43,132 nucleotides of DNA from positions 1 through 43,132 of IMG/VR virus record IMGVR_UViG_3300032373_000034, one strand, 5' to 3'. Made by a program: the position numbers and the translations under genes. Of the stretch, positions 8,538 through 18,952 are shown piece by piece (the stretch's first letter is position 1; every line of letters begins with the position of its first letter). A model generated the notes under the pieces. It had not been told where the DNA came from and made no database searches. It saw only the letters and a program-made list of their open reading frames with translations. Source of the stretch: a virus. Taxonomy: Duplodnaviria; Caudoviricetes.

Positions 8538-10753
8538 TGTAACCCCATCTCGCGTTGTCGCGCTTCACGTTCGGCGCGGTTCGCCGTAACGTCTCTTGGC
8601 TCTGTGGTTGCGTAGTTACTCATTGTTGGGTAGGCAGAGCGTTGTGCGATAAGCATCAAATCCCGAATATCATTGCCAAACTCACGGCTGATAATTTCGT
8701 CAAACGCCTGTTGCTGGACCCTATCGGCACCCGCTGGGCGAAGCATAGCCAGCCTCATAATTGCGCGGTTTCTTTCTTGCCGACTTCCAGCGTTAAGAAC
8801 TGAATTTCCGAACTGCGCCACGCCGCGAAGGGCTTCCCTGACGCCCCAATTTACATTCCCAGCGGACGCGGACGCCGCGCCCCCTAAAAGCGTTCTGTTC
8901 AGGTTTTGGCCCGCATCAGCGCCTTGAACACGAACGCCGCCACGTGGGTCAATACCCCTCACAGCCGCAAACTCTTGGTTGCTTCTGTTGACTATCTCCA
9001 TAAACGAATCGAAGTCTTCAGGGGAGTCAAAGAAAACACGCGCTCTATTACGAGCGGCTTCGCTATCAAGAAGGCCCACCGTTGCGTCTGTCCGGTCGCG
9101 CCGCCCGCCAACACGGCCTTCCATTGCGGTCAGAAACCCTATACGAGCCTGCTCCCGCTGCGGAGGCGTCATTTCAGCCCACCGAGTTGCCAGTTCTGCC
9201 GGGTCTGCCGACAAAGCCTCGCGGCCAAACTCCAAGGCTTCAAGTAGTTGGCTTTCAGACGAGAACTGATTAACGGCGGTTTGATATTCGTCTGGCGTGT
9301 TTTGGTATAAACGCCTTTGCATTACGCGCAACTCACGCCGCATCGCGGGCGTAACTGCTGTTGACCCTCTATCGTTTGCCGCGTCTCCCAAATACTTGTA
9401 AAGAACGTCAACATCTTGCATTTCAAGTTGGGAGGGGGTGGAGCCACGACTAATTGGCGGACGCCCACGAGCGCGAAGCAACTCATTCGTCCTGTTTATA
9501 ACGCTGGCCGGAAGGCGGTCCACTATACCTTGAATGTTGCTAACGATTTTTGGGTTAGAAACGACAATGGAGCGCCGCTCTGGCCCTGTGCCAACAAACG
9601 TAGCCGCTTCATAGGCCGCGTCCGCCTCCGCCGCTCGCCGCGTAAGGATTTCGTTTCTGCGAACCACGGCGTTTTGCGGAAGGCCAAAAAACCCTCGCGT
9701 TTCTTCGGTTAAGCGAGAGCCTTGATTTGCAAGGGTGTCGTCAATAGCGCCAATGGCCTGACCTGTTGCTTGGCCGGAGCCGCGCAGCCCGCCACGAACG
9801 GTTGCATAAAATGTTTCGGCATTAGGGAACGCCTCGTATAACCGAGATTCTTCTGCGCCCGAATCTGCCCACCGCCGCATTGCAGCAAGCGCGTCCTCAC
9901 TAGAATAGCCGTCCGTTTCCAAAGCAGAAAGCATTTCACGAAAAGCCGCGCGCTCCGCAGGAGTTCGCAAACCCCGCCCTGAAAACCTGTCTTTTACAAG
10001 GTTTACGGCCTGCCTTCCAGCGCCGACAGCGCCAGCGAAAAGCAAAGGCATACCCGCCCCAGCAGTACCACCAATAGCAGCGCCCGTTAGCGCGCCGCCC
10101 ACACGGTCTTCGTTGCCATACCCGTAGCCCGCAACAGCGCCGAAAGCAGCGCCCGTCCTTGCGCCTTGACCGACAGCTTGGGCCAACGTCTTCGTCGGGC
10201 CTCCACCAATAAGCATACTGGGAACGGAGGCTCCCATGTCCGCAGAAGCCGACCCAAGCGGGTCAGATTGCCGCTCTTGCGTAAGCCGCGTATTGTATTC
10301 TTGGGAAACCATCGCCGGGTCAAGCTGGCCCTCACCGGGGCTTCCAATTCCAACGCGGTCGTAAAGGTTTTCTACACGTGCGCCAAGCCCCGCGACTTCA
10401 TCCCCAAAACCGAAGGCGCGCGGCTGCCCGGCACCAAAGTAAGAAGACGGGCTTGTAAGCAGGCTGGGGTAAACGTCCATGCGACCGACATAATCCCTAG
10501 AGCGAGCGCGGCGCTCAAGGTGTTGCCGCGCCTCCTCTTGCGTCATTGGTTGGTCGTCGATGATATACCGGACCTCACCCGTTTGCGGGTTGCGCCGCCT
10601 GTCTATGGGAAAACGAAACCACTCACCCGTGTGCGAACGCACCGCCGCCTCTCTGCCGGTTGGGGCCATGCGAACTTCATACGGAGCAGAAGATTCAGGA
10701 GCGACATACGAACCTTCATCTTCGTTGGGAAGGGTTGGAAAGTTTTGCGCCAT
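8534..10753 (-). CDS. Internal virion / DNA ejection protein
   Basis: Large, Ala/Gly/Arg-rich, FGFGDE motif and GA-rich hydrophobic segment; follows gp7-like genes; TAATG start at 10753. Confidence 0.6.
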   Translation of the reverse strand: MAQNFPTLPNEDEGSYVAPESSAPYEVRMAPTGREAAVRSHTGEWFRFPIDRRRNPQTGEVRYIIDDQPMTQEEARQHLERRARSRDYVGRMDVYPSLLTSPSSYFGAGQPRAFGFGDEVAGLGARVENLYDRVGIGSPGEGQLDPAMVSQEYNTRLTQERQSDPLGSASADMGASVPSMLIGGGPTKTLAQAVGQGARTGAAFGAVAGYGYGNEDRVGGALTGAAIGGTAGAGMPLLFAGAVGAGRQAVNLVKDRFSGRGLRTPAERAAFREMLSALETDGYSSEDALAAMRRWADSGAEESRLYEAFPNAETFYATVRGGLRGSGQATGQAIGAIDDTLANQGSRLTEETRGFFGLPQNAVVRRNEILTRRAAEADAAYEAATFVGTGPERRSIVVSNPKIVSNIQGIVDRLPASVINRTNELLRARGRPPISRGSTPSQLEMQDVDVLYKYLGDAANDRGSTAVTPAMRRELRVMQRRLYQNTPDEYQTAVNQFSSESQLLEALEFGREALSADPAELATRWAEMTPPQREQARIGFLTAMEGRVGGRRDRTDATVGLLDSEAARNRARVFFDSPEDFDSFMEIVNRSNQEFAAVRGIDPRGGVRVQGADAGQNLNRTLLGGAASASAGNVNWGVREALRGVAQFGNSVLNAGSRQERNRAIMRLAMLRPAGADRVQQQAFDEIISREFGNDIRDLMLIAQRSAYPTMSNYATTEPRDVTANRAEREARQREMGLQ

Positions 10754-12285
10754 TAGAAGCGTTCCCAAGTGTCGTAATTCGTTTCGTCGCCCTCATTACC
10801 GGGGCTGCGGAAATTATTAAAGCGGTTTTCGATTGCCGTAAATTCCGAATAAACCTCCGGCATAAACTGCTCCATTGCTCGCATACGCTCCGAGCGCGCA
10901 AAGTGCAATTCACGAGCAAAAGCCTCTGTTTGACTGCGGAGTTGTTCGGGGGGCATATTGTCAGTCAAAAGCGTTTGCATGGCCTCCATAACGCGGATTT
11001 CGTTTTGCGTAAGCTGCCCAAAACCAGAACCGCGCTCGCCAATGCTTTGAGCGTATTCCCGCATTGCTTGCAACTGGTCAATAATCTCCTGCGACGTGAC
11101 GTTTTCAAGAAAAGACCTTACCCGCGATGGGGGCGTTCCCCGAACAAAGGCGAAGTTTGAGGCCAGTCCGCTTGAAAAAGGTCCATAATCCGCAGAGATT
11201 TCGTATATCTCGTCTAGAGCCTGTAATTGCCGCATTACGGCTCTGTCCGCGTCAAACGTGTGCCGGGCCATTGTGTTGGCCTGCTCAATACCGATGGCCT
11301 CATTGTTCAGGCCGTGAGAAATAGCCAAGCGAGCGTATTCCGGTGAAGCCTCTGTGTTTCCAGACTCACGCGACATTTCAACATAGCGACCAACAGCCGT
11401 GTCCATATCAATGACGCGCCGGTCAACCTGTGAAGTAAGCTCGTCCAGAACGTCGCCGCCAACAGTAGGCGTGCCAGAGCCGCCGCCAGAACCATTAGAG
11501 CCGCCGCCAATTTGCCGAACGCGAGTATTGTCTTGGGAATCGACATAAGCCTCCCAAACGCCCGCACCAAGGCCCGCCTCTTGCCGCTCCGCGTCCGTTA
11601 GAATGCGAATAGGGCGCACGCCAGAATCGCCAGAATGAATTGTTGTCTGCGCGCGGCCAGCCGCCGCTCTCGCCGCTATCCACTGTTGGTATGTGCCTTG
11701 ATAGCCTTGGTCTTGTGCGTATTCATACTCGCGGATGCTGGAAGTAAGCTCTGCTTCCTCCGGCGCACCGACTCTGCCTTGAATTTCAGCGTAGGCTTGT
11801 TGGGGGGCGATCTGGACGCCCCGGCTTGCCGCGACATTAACCGCGTTCGTCACGGCGGTTTCCATGTTTTCAGGATTAGCTTGGACACGGCTCGCTTGCA
11901 CATCGTAAATATCGGACAAATCAACTTCCGGCCCAGCTTGCGACTGCCGGTGAGCCATGAAGGCGTTAGGGTCGGCTTGTGCTAGGCGCTGTTCTTCACG
12001 AGAGCGTTGTTCGGGCGTTAAGCCTTGTTGTGTCACGCGCTCTTGTGTGAAGGGCGTCGAGCCTGCACCGAATGAAGTCGAGTCGTTAGCTCGCTCTATG
12101 CGTTGGTTTGGGCCTTGCAATCGGGCAAAGGCATCCCGCGCCTGCGCTTGACGCTGACGTTCTGCTTGTGCAGCGGCCATTTCAGCGCGCATAGCAGATT
12201 CTTGTAAACGCTGATTGCGCGCTCCACGGTAGGAACCAAAGAACGCCGCGCCAACATCAGGGAATACTGAAATCTGTCCGACCAT
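10753..12285 (-). CDS. Internal virion / DNA ejection protein
   Basis: TSSIREYEYAQ..GY.GT motif, GSGFGQLT..E; position. Confidence 0.6.
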   Translation of the reverse strand: MVGQISVFPDVGAAFFGSYRGARNQRLQESAMRAEMAAAQAERQRQAQARDAFARLQGPNQRIERANDSTSFGAGSTPFTQERVTQQGLTPEQRSREEQRLAQADPNAFMAHRQSQAGPEVDLSDIYDVQASRVQANPENMETAVTNAVNVAASRGVQIAPQQAYAEIQGRVGAPEEAELTSSIREYEYAQDQGYQGTYQQWIAARAAAGRAQTTIHSGDSGVRPIRILTDAERQEAGLGAGVWEAYVDSQDNTRVRQIGGGSNGSGGGSGTPTVGGDVLDELTSQVDRRVIDMDTAVGRYVEMSRESGNTEASPEYARLAISHGLNNEAIGIEQANTMARHTFDADRAVMRQLQALDEIYEISADYGPFSSGLASNFAFVRGTPPSRVRSFLENVTSQEIIDQLQAMREYAQSIGERGSGFGQLTQNEIRVMEAMQTLLTDNMPPEQLRSQTEAFARELHFARSERMRAMEQFMPEVYSEFTAIENRFNNFRSPGNEGDETNYDTWERF

Positions 12286-12959
12286 TAGAACATGCCCCCG
12301 ATACCTTTAGCGACGCCGCCCCAATCAACTCCGCCCAAGGCGTTGCCCCAAATGCCCGCCTGAGCGTTGGCATTGTTGCCGATGATATTGGCTTGGTTCG
12401 CACCGGATTGCCCATAAGCACCCATCAAATTGCCATACATACCAGACTGTGCGCCCGCGTAAGGGTTTTGTGCGGTTTGAGCCAAGCCCGCAATGCCGGA
12501 AAGACGGTTGTAATAGTTTCCGTATTCTCCGGCAGCAAGGTTTTGACCGAACTCTGTAATACCGCGAAGCTGTGCGCCGGACATAAGCATGCCGCGAGAC
12601 GCGGCTGAACTGTCCATTGCACGAATACCCTCATTCATACGGAAATCGTAATCAGGGGATTGATAGAAGCGATTCATTGCTTCTTCGCGGCGTTGGTCGT
12701 CTATCTCTTGTTGCGTCGGGGTGTAGGTTTGAACGCCGCCCGATTCATTGGGGAGAATAGCGCCGCCCGGTAGGGTCGCTCCTCCTCCGCCAGTGTTAGT
12801 TGCGCCGCCGCCGTCAGGATTAAAGCCCTCCCAAGGATTACCCCCACCCGCAGGCCCATTAGAGCCGGGGTATCCGCCGTTGCTTACGTTCCAATAATCT
12901 TCTGTGTTGTTGCCGCCACCGCCCCAGCCGGGGTTGCCGCCGAAGTATCTACTGGTCAT
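12285..12959 (-). CDS. P22 gp7-like DNA transfer protein, C-terminal-domain gene
   Basis: SPDYDFR..EG..A.DSSAASRG.LMSGAQLR.ITEFGQNLAA.EY..YYNRL.G.AG; start ATG 12959 overlaps the upstream TAA. Confidence 0.7.
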   Translation of the reverse strand: MTSRYFGGNPGWGGGGNNTEDYWNVSNGGYPGSNGPAGGGNPWEGFNPDGGGATNTGGGGATLPGGAILPNESGGVQTYTPTQQEIDDQRREEAMNRFYQSPDYDFRMNEGIRAMDSSAASRGMLMSGAQLRGITEFGQNLAAGEYGNYYNRLSGIAGLAQTAQNPYAGAQSGMYGNLMGAYGQSGANQANIIGNNANAQAGIWGNALGGVDWGGVAKGIGGMF

Positions 12960-13429
12960 TACATAATCCCCGGTGGTGTCGCGTTGCCATACATGCCCGG
13001 CCATTGCCCGTTAGGGTTTGTAACCATTCCGCGTAAGTAGGCTTGGTAAGATTCAGGGGAACCGCCCCAATTACCGTACTGTTGAATGCCGTTGCCCTGC
13101 TGTGCGTGGACAGGAGCGCCGGGATAAAACGCCTCTCCACCACCCAAAGAGCCGTCCGTGGCGGGTGCGTAAATATCACCCAGCCCGTAAAGGTCGGTTA
13201 GCTGCTGCAAGGCCGCATTGCCTGCGCGCTGACGTGGGTATTGAGAGGCTTGTTGGTCGGCGTAATAGCGGTCCTGTTGCGCCATCGCCTCGCGGGCAAG
13301 GCGTTCCTGAGAAGCCAAAGACTCCCGGTTGGACGCGAGTTGTGCGTTTGTCGCTTTCTTTTGCGAGTTGGAGCCGAATAGACCCCCAAGTAGGCTGGCA
13401 CCAGCCCCGATAAGTGCACCCCAAGGCAT
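12959..13429 (-). CDS. gp7-like ejection protein, N-terminal-domain gene
   Basis: MPWGALIGAGASLLGGLFGS..KKA..AQ and P...AG.AAL..L..L.GL. Confidence 0.65.
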   Translation of the reverse strand: MPWGALIGAGASLLGGLFGSNSQKKATNAQLASNRESLASQERLAREAMAQQDRYYADQQASQYPRQRAGNAALQQLTDLYGLGDIYAPATDGSLGGGEAFYPGAPVHAQQGNGIQQYGNWGGSPESYQAYLRGMVTNPNGQWPGMYGNATPPGIM

Positions 13430-14937
13430 CAGGGATTCTCCTCGTTGTATCGCGCCCCAAAGAGCGCAAATTCTGTTTTGTCGGAAAATTCAATCTTGAA
13501 AACGCGCCCCGGTGGGGTCATGCGCCCAAGGTGTGCGGTCGTCGCCCGCGTCGTGTATTCGCCAGAAGCGCCAAGGCTCAAAGTCCGCGCTTGGCTTGTC
13601 TGGTAATCGCGCCCTAAATTGTCGGACCACGTAAGAGTCATAACAGGGTTAGCGTCGTCTGCATTACCTACGCCGCGTGTCGCGTCTACCGTGAAATTGA
13701 AGCAGGGGGCGTATTGGCGGGTGGGAGCAAAAATCGTGGCGACATGATTCAACTCGAATTTACTTGCTGCGTCTACACTTTGCTCGTAATATACGTCCGT
13801 GTCAAGTCTATGGATTGCGGCGTCGTAACGATTGCCGACATAGTGGTTGTTGTTCCACCAAACATAATTCCAAGGAACATAGCCGGGACGGACGGCAAAC
13901 GGGACAAGCCCTTGGCCTCCGCCGCCTGTTGTTTCCGCTGAACTCAATCGCTCGTGCCACTCTCCGGTCGTTGTGTCGTAAACAAAAGCCCCGACTTCGG
14001 CGCTAGGCTCTGCGACATTAAACACGACAAACTGGTGGCCGTCCTCTACATAAGAGAAGGCCGAAACAACTGCGGCGTTAATGTTCTGCAAATGTTCCGA
14101 AATAGCAGGTGTAGAAATAGGAACCGCGCTCGCCCCCTCTGCGCGGTAAACAACGCGGTCCTCGCCCATCCAGAATAGAGACTGCCCTACGCGGGTATGC
14201 GCCCAAGGGCCGATAATACCCTTGTCGATAATACCACCGGGGCGAAGCTGGAACGGCAAATCAGCGCGTCCAGTCGGTTGCCATATCTCGATATTGTCTT
14301 TCTCGAAAAGCCACAAATCCCCTCGAAACTCTGTTCCTGCCCGAAGGTTGGAGCCTTTGCGCTCCGCCGTGGCGAAGTTAAGAGCGTCGATATTCGCGCC
14401 GTCAAGCGTTTCTGACCACCAAAACTGGTCGTCGTCGTTCGGAATGAAAACAAACCGGCCCGCCAAATAAACAACATTGACGTAATTCAAATTACCCAAA
14501 TCATTGTCGAAGGCGTAGAGGTCGTAGAGGTCGGTTCCGTCATAGATATAAACTTTACCGCCGCTCGTAAACGCCATTTCTTGAATAGGAGCAAACGCCA
14601 TCGTTACGGGCAGCGAGTCGTTAGCTACGTTTTGACCAGACGTGCCTTGCGTAGTTGTGATGTTGGAGCCGACCGTTCCTGCAAGATTAATGCGCTTGAA
14701 CTGGTTATCGTAGACAACAAACATATCATTGCTGAACTGGTCAACAGACGTGCCTAACCCTCGCGTAATCGTTCCCGACAAATCCTTGTAGGTTGTCAGG
14801 CCGGGCGTCCGCATTAAGATAAACTGCCGGTCAGGCATGTTCGGCACAGCCTCTGGAAAGAGGTTGATCAGCTCGCGCGGAGGCACACCAACCGTTTCTC
14901 TCTCATAAAAGCCGGGACCGAACGCAATATCAGGCAT
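13429..14937 (-). CDS. P22 gp10-like DNA stabilisation / tail hub protein
   Basis: INLFPE, L..TPGL, LNFATAE, YD..TGEWHER, LTWSD..G. Confidence 0.8.
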   Translation of the reverse strand: MPDIAFGPGFYERETVGVPPRELINLFPEAVPNMPDRQFILMRTPGLTTYKDLSGTITRGLGTSVDQFSNDMFVVYDNQFKRINLAGTVGSNITTTQGTSGQNVANDSLPVTMAFAPIQEMAFTSGGKVYIYDGTDLYDLYAFDNDLGNLNYVNVVYLAGRFVFIPNDDDQFWWSETLDGANIDALNFATAERKGSNLRAGTEFRGDLWLFEKDNIEIWQPTGRADLPFQLRPGGIIDKGIIGPWAHTRVGQSLFWMGEDRVVYRAEGASAVPISTPAISEHLQNINAAVVSAFSYVEDGHQFVVFNVAEPSAEVGAFVYDTTTGEWHERLSSAETTGGGGQGLVPFAVRPGYVPWNYVWWNNNHYVGNRYDAAIHRLDTDVYYEQSVDAASKFELNHVATIFAPTRQYAPCFNFTVDATRGVGNADDANPVMTLTWSDNLGRDYQTSQARTLSLGASGEYTTRATTAHLGRMTPPGRVFKIEFSDKTEFALFGARYNEENP

Positions 14938-15266
14938 TAGGGTTGCGTCCGTTCTGTAACAGAAAGCCGGTATGTCAGGCCAGAAGATGTGGTTGTTGCA
15001 AAGTAGATCGTCTCACCAGCCGCAAGTGTGTGGTTAGACACGCTGGGCGACACCCAATCGTCTGCCGGGACCGTAAGGCTCGGGATGATGGTTGACGCGG
15101 CGGTGTTTGCACCAAAGCGAAGCGCGGTAATCTGGTGGTCCGTTGTGCTTTCATTGGTGAAGGTGATTTTATCTACCTTGGCAACAAAGCCGGTCGGAAC
15201 CGTGTAATACAGCGTGGAGGCCGTCGCTCCAATCGCGCCGTTTTCTTTTTTTGATCTAACTGCCAT
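14937..15266 (-). CDS. Putative virion structural protein
   Basis: Beta-rich, LYYTVP..L.AGE; operon position. Confidence 0.55.
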   Translation of the reverse strand: MAVRSKKENGAIGATASTLYYTVPTGFVAKVDKITFTNESTTDHQITALRFGANTAASTIIPSLTVPADDWVSPSVSNHTLAAGETIYFATTTSSGLTYRLSVTERTQP

Positions 15267-15278
15267 GATGTTTTCCTA

Positions 15279-16265
15279 TTATGATTCCGAGAATCCGAAG
15301 GCGGACGTAAAATCAATGCGGCAAGTAACACCCGCGATGCCGACATTGGCCGATGTGGCCGACCCGCTTCCGATTTTCATCCAAAGAACAATCCAGCTTG
15401 AAGACGTGGGATACGTCACCGTCCCGCTGCGCCATGTGTAAAAGTCAGACGAGGGCGTCCAGACCGAAACATTGCCGTTACCCGCAGAGTCTACGATATA
15501 ATTTCCGCCATCCAAGATTACGTCGATTACGCCGCTGTCTACCGTTGTTCCGTCCGCAAACGTCCCTTCCTCGCCGTTTTCGTGAATCTTCATATACCAA
15601 TTAATCGTTCCGGTATTGTTGGCGGCAAGGTTCGGGAGAATGCTGGGGTCGCGGTCTGACGCCTCTAGTGTGACGCGAGAGCCGTCAAGATACCACTGGT
15701 TAGTGCGGAGCGTGGCCCCCACCTGCAACTTCATTATTTGCGTCTCGGTCGTTCCAAATGTCTCGTTCTGATAAACTTCCGTTGCGCCTGTAATGGTTTT
15801 TAGCTTGTCAGGCGAAATGTTGGCGTTGTTAACAATGTCCTCGTTTGTCACCACATCAATGCCGCGTGAAGCGGTGAATACCTGCTCCTCAAGCGACCTT
15901 AACCCAAACTGGATAGCATCTATTTGACCGGAAACGTCCGCGTTCTCCTGAATAGTCGGGAGGCTTTCAATAGCAGCAAGGCGGCTTTGCAGGTCGTCAA
16001 TGGCTGCGTCTATGGATCGGTCCTGTTGTATTAATTGTTCCAATGACTCTAGCCTCTCACCCGCTGTCGCAATCGCGCTTTGCAGGTCTGCTATCTGTGC
16101 GTCGTTGGCAAACGTCTCGTCCTCAAAACCGCCCGACCGCTCCCATAGCGTTTCAAGGAATCGACGGTATTGCTCATTGAGAATGACGGGCCGACCTTGT
16201 GAGTCCGTCCCTATGGTTTCTTGTATCTGCGGTATGGCAGAGGATATTTCACCGCGAAGGGGCAT
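15279..16265 (-). CDS. Putative tail needle/accessory protein (coiled coil plus beta domain)
   Basis: RRFL..LW.RSGG then heptad repeats; lies between gp4-like and gp10-like genes. Confidence 0.45.
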   Translation of the reverse strand: MPLRGEISSAIPQIQETIGTDSQGRPVILNEQYRRFLETLWERSGGFEDETFANDAQIADLQSAIATAGERLESLEQLIQQDRSIDAAIDDLQSRLAAIESLPTIQENADVSGQIDAIQFGLRSLEEQVFTASRGIDVVTNEDIVNNANISPDKLKTITGATEVYQNETFGTTETQIMKLQVGATLRTNQWYLDGSRVTLEASDRDPSILPNLAANNTGTINWYMKIHENGEEGTFADGTTVDSGVIDVILDGGNYIVDSAGNGNVSVWTPSSDFYTWRSGTVTYPTSSSWIVLWMKIGSGSATSANVGIAGVTCRIDFTSAFGFSES

Positions 16266-16988
16266 TTACCGCCTCCAGTCAACCATGAAAGTCGTTGACA
16301 CAGGCTCTTTATCGAAAGACGTGCTTTCCATTAGCTTTTGACCAGCGACCGATTGTAGGCGCTGCATCATCAGGCCATCGGCAGGGTAGTAGACAGGGGC
16401 CAAGCGCGCCGCCAAGCCATACTTCAATGTCTCAAACCACTCTTGCGGATAGTCAGGCTCGTCAGCGTCAGCGTCGAAGTCTTCAATAGCGCGTTGATAG
16501 GTATAAACCAGCGTTCCAGAGCCGCCAGACGCCAAGACAGGCCAGATATACAGCTTTGCCGGGTCGCGTTGCGGGTCGTAATTGAACAACGTCGCTTCGC
16601 CGGTAGAGTCCTTGTCGGGGAGATTGTCGTATTCGTCGCGGGAGATATGCGTCATAGGGCGCTCATTGCCTGACGAGTCCAGATAGCGCATATTCTCAAT
16701 ACGAAGGGGCCGGTAGGTTTTATCGCCGCCCGTCCCGAACTGATACGGGTTAGCATCGGTTCCTTGCGCGGCAACCATAGTCAACGTGTCGCGTGAGCGG
16801 CGGAACAGGTTATACCCCTGCACCTGCCAGTGCTTAATCATGTCGTTCAGAACACGATTGGCGTGAATGTATTTGCTGTCGGTGTTCGCAATCGTCTCGT
16901 CAATCGCAAGAACATGACACTCAATGAGAGCATCGTGGATGATATTGTCGCGGTCGGTTGCGTGATTCGTAGAGCCTGATGTAGCCAT
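16266..16988 (-). CDS. Head-to-tail adaptor (P22 gp4-like position)
   Basis: MATSGS, ISRDEY..LPDK, YIWPV, DYPQEW..L.YGLA.RLAP. Confidence 0.7.
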   Translation of the reverse strand: MATSGSTNHATDRDNIIHDALIECHVLAIDETIANTDSKYIHANRVLNDMIKHWQVQGYNLFRRSRDTLTMVAAQGTDANPYQFGTGGDKTYRPLRIENMRYLDSSGNERPMTHISRDEYDNLPDKDSTGEATLFNYDPQRDPAKLYIWPVLASGGSGTLVYTYQRAIEDFDADADEPDYPQEWFETLKYGLAARLAPVYYPADGLMMQRLQSVAGQKLMESTSFDKEPVSTTFMVDWRR

Positions 16989-17671
16989 TATTGATACAAC
17001 GCAAATGCGCCTACCGTGTAGGTAACGGTGACTGGTGTTGGGGAGAGGATTTCAAGTTCAATGTAGCGAAGCGTCTGACCGATAGAAAAACGGGTCGAGC
17101 TTCCACTTACAAGATTCTCAAGCATGTCTTGCGTGACGCCATCGGCCATAACCGTAAATGCGTCGCCATCCTTTGCATAAGATATACGCAAATTATCGCG
17201 TTGCGTCAAATCATCAATGGTTAGCGTGAGGTCTAGGAAGCTGACGTATTTGTCGGACCCTAAATCGCCGCCATAAAGCGTAATGCGGGTGTCGGTGACG
17301 GTGTATTCCTGCCCAATGGTGGAATTAGCACCCTCACGCAAAGTTAACTCGTTGCCGTCGCGGTCGGTGACAATCTCACCATCGCGCTCTGATACAAGGT
17401 CAAAGTCAGCTTGAAACGACAAAGCGGAGAGAAGGTCGGGCCGTGGGCGGGCATCCCTGACCGCGTAATCGTCCACCACGCCGCGAACATACTCTTGGGG
17501 GTGCCGAGGCTCCCACTCGTGCTTGGCGACCTTGAGGCCGGTCCATTCCGTCTTTATGTCGCTATTGAGAAAAGCCTGACCAGAGCGATCAGATGTCATT
17601 TTCCACTGACCGTGAGAATAACCAGACGGGCGGTGTGTTCTTTTCTTGGATTTACTGCCCGTTATACGCAT
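16988..17671 (-). CDS. Conserved phage virion-region protein
   Basis: SDRSG..EWTGLKV..WEPRHPQ..DARPRPD N-terminal motif. Confidence 0.6.
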   Translation of the reverse strand: MRITGSKSKKRTHRPSGYSHGQWKMTSDRSGQAFLNSDIKTEWTGLKVAKHEWEPRHPQEYVRGVVDDYAVRDARPRPDLLSALSFQADFDLVSERDGEIVTDRDGNELTLREGANSTIGQEYTVTDTRITLYGGDLGSDKYVSFLDLTLTIDDLTQRDNLRISYAKDGDAFTVMADGVTQDMLENLVSGSSTRFSIGQTLRYIELEILSPTPVTVTYTVGAFALYQ

Positions 17672-17678
17672 GGATCAC

Positions 17679-17948
17679 CTAATATGTTGGGTTATACCCT
17701 CGGCGCGGCCCTTGTTGCGGAGGTGGGGCTGGCTGCAACATCTGAACGATTTGCGCCATGCCTTCGGGGTCTTGCTCGGCAAATTGTTGTATCATCGCCA
17801 TTACCCGTTGACGGGTGCGGGCTTGTTGGTCGGCTACGTTCCCTTCTCGGGGAGGGGCGGCTTGAGCAACGCCTTGTGGGTTGACCGCCTGACGCGGGCC
17901 TCCCGATTGCTCCATGTAAAGGCTGCTATTGCCCATTAAACCACTCAT
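17679..17948 (-). CDS. Hypothetical protein
   Basis: ATGA overlap; Gln/Pro-rich. Confidence 0.6.
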   Translation of the reverse strand: MSGLMGNSSLYMEQSGGPRQAVNPQGVAQAAPPREGNVADQQARTRQRVMAMIQQFAEQDPEGMAQIVQMLQPAPPPQQGPRRGYNPTY

Positions 17949-18172
17949 GTCTCAGTCTCCGTATTGCGGGTGTCCATGTCGTAGATGCAAGAATAAGACA
18001 CGCTTGCGATAAGCCCGCCGCCTCTAACAATGTCTTCTGTGGCACCCATTGATTCCCGCATTTGCTCTTGGCACTCAATGAGAGAGGGGAAAGTTAAATT
18101 ATACTGCATCGTGCGGGTTTGGAGGTCGCCCTCTGCGTCGAAGAATGCTAGAACTAGAAAGAGCTTAAACAT
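17945..18172 (-). CDS. Hypothetical protein
   Basis: ORF in operon; hydrophobic N-terminus, two Cys. Confidence 0.6.
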   Translation of the reverse strand: MFKLFLVLAFFDAEGDLQTRTMQYNLTFPSLIECQEQMRESMGATEDIVRGGGLIASVSYSCIYDMDTRNTETET

Positions 18173-18184
18173 CTGGAAGCCTTG

Positions 18185-18952
18185 TTAAGAAGAAGCAAGC
18201 GCCAAGTGTCCATTCATCCAAGCCGACACGTCAGTGTTCGTGGAGCTTGAGAGAGCCTGAATACGAACATCTGCGTTGGCTGGAACGATGAATGGGGGGT
18301 TGACTGTGACAAAAGCAGGGGGGGAGCCAGCGCCCGTAGAGCCCGTTAACTGCGTCCTAAAGACACCCCCTGCACCCTTAACCTGCACACGGAACGTCAC
18401 CGTCGCGGCGGTCTTCTTGTCCACAGACCCAAAGAACTGCGTGATCACCCAGTAGTCGTCCTTTGATATTGACGTTGATGCCTTTAACGACTGCTGATCA
18501 CTAGCGGGCGCTTGTAGGTGAATTTTTGCCGCCGTGTCAGGAACGCCGTCTGTGTAAGTGTCAGATCGGCATACATAGACTGTGCCGGAGAACTCTGTGC
18601 TGTCAGAGTTGTAGGCCCTTGTGGCGCGGGCCAGTGGTGTTGTTAGGGTTGCCGCAGTCTGTCCAGTTAGCGCGATTGTTTGGGTAACAAACGTCAACTC
18701 CGTCCCTGAAATGGTATGGCCTTCAACTGTAATAGTTTGGTCGTCGCCGTTATCAGACGAAATCACACTGTTAATAGTATTGCCGGTCTGGTAGGTTTCG
18801 TTGCTGCCTTGGTTCTGGACGGTCTCGTAGACTGAGTTAGAGACGGTAGCTTTGCCAAACTTCAAAAGAGACTTGGGCTTGATTGTGCAGGTAGCGCCGT
18901 AGGTCGAAGCTATTTCGTTTAGGGCGTGTTGGAGGCGAGGCTCTGTAGTCAT
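18185..18952 (-). CDS. Putative virion structural protein
   Basis: Ser/Thr-rich beta protein in the head-tail operon. Confidence 0.6.
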   Translation of the reverse strand: MTTEPRLQHALNEIASTYGATCTIKPKSLLKFGKATVSNSVYETVQNQGSNETYQTGNTINSVISSDNGDDQTITVEGHTISGTELTFVTQTIALTGQTAATLTTPLARATRAYNSDSTEFSGTVYVCRSDTYTDGVPDTAAKIHLQAPASDQQSLKASTSISKDDYWVITQFFGSVDKKTAATVTFRVQVKGAGGVFRTQLTGSTGAGSPPAFVTVNPPFIVPANADVRIQALSSSTNTDVSAWMNGHLALASS

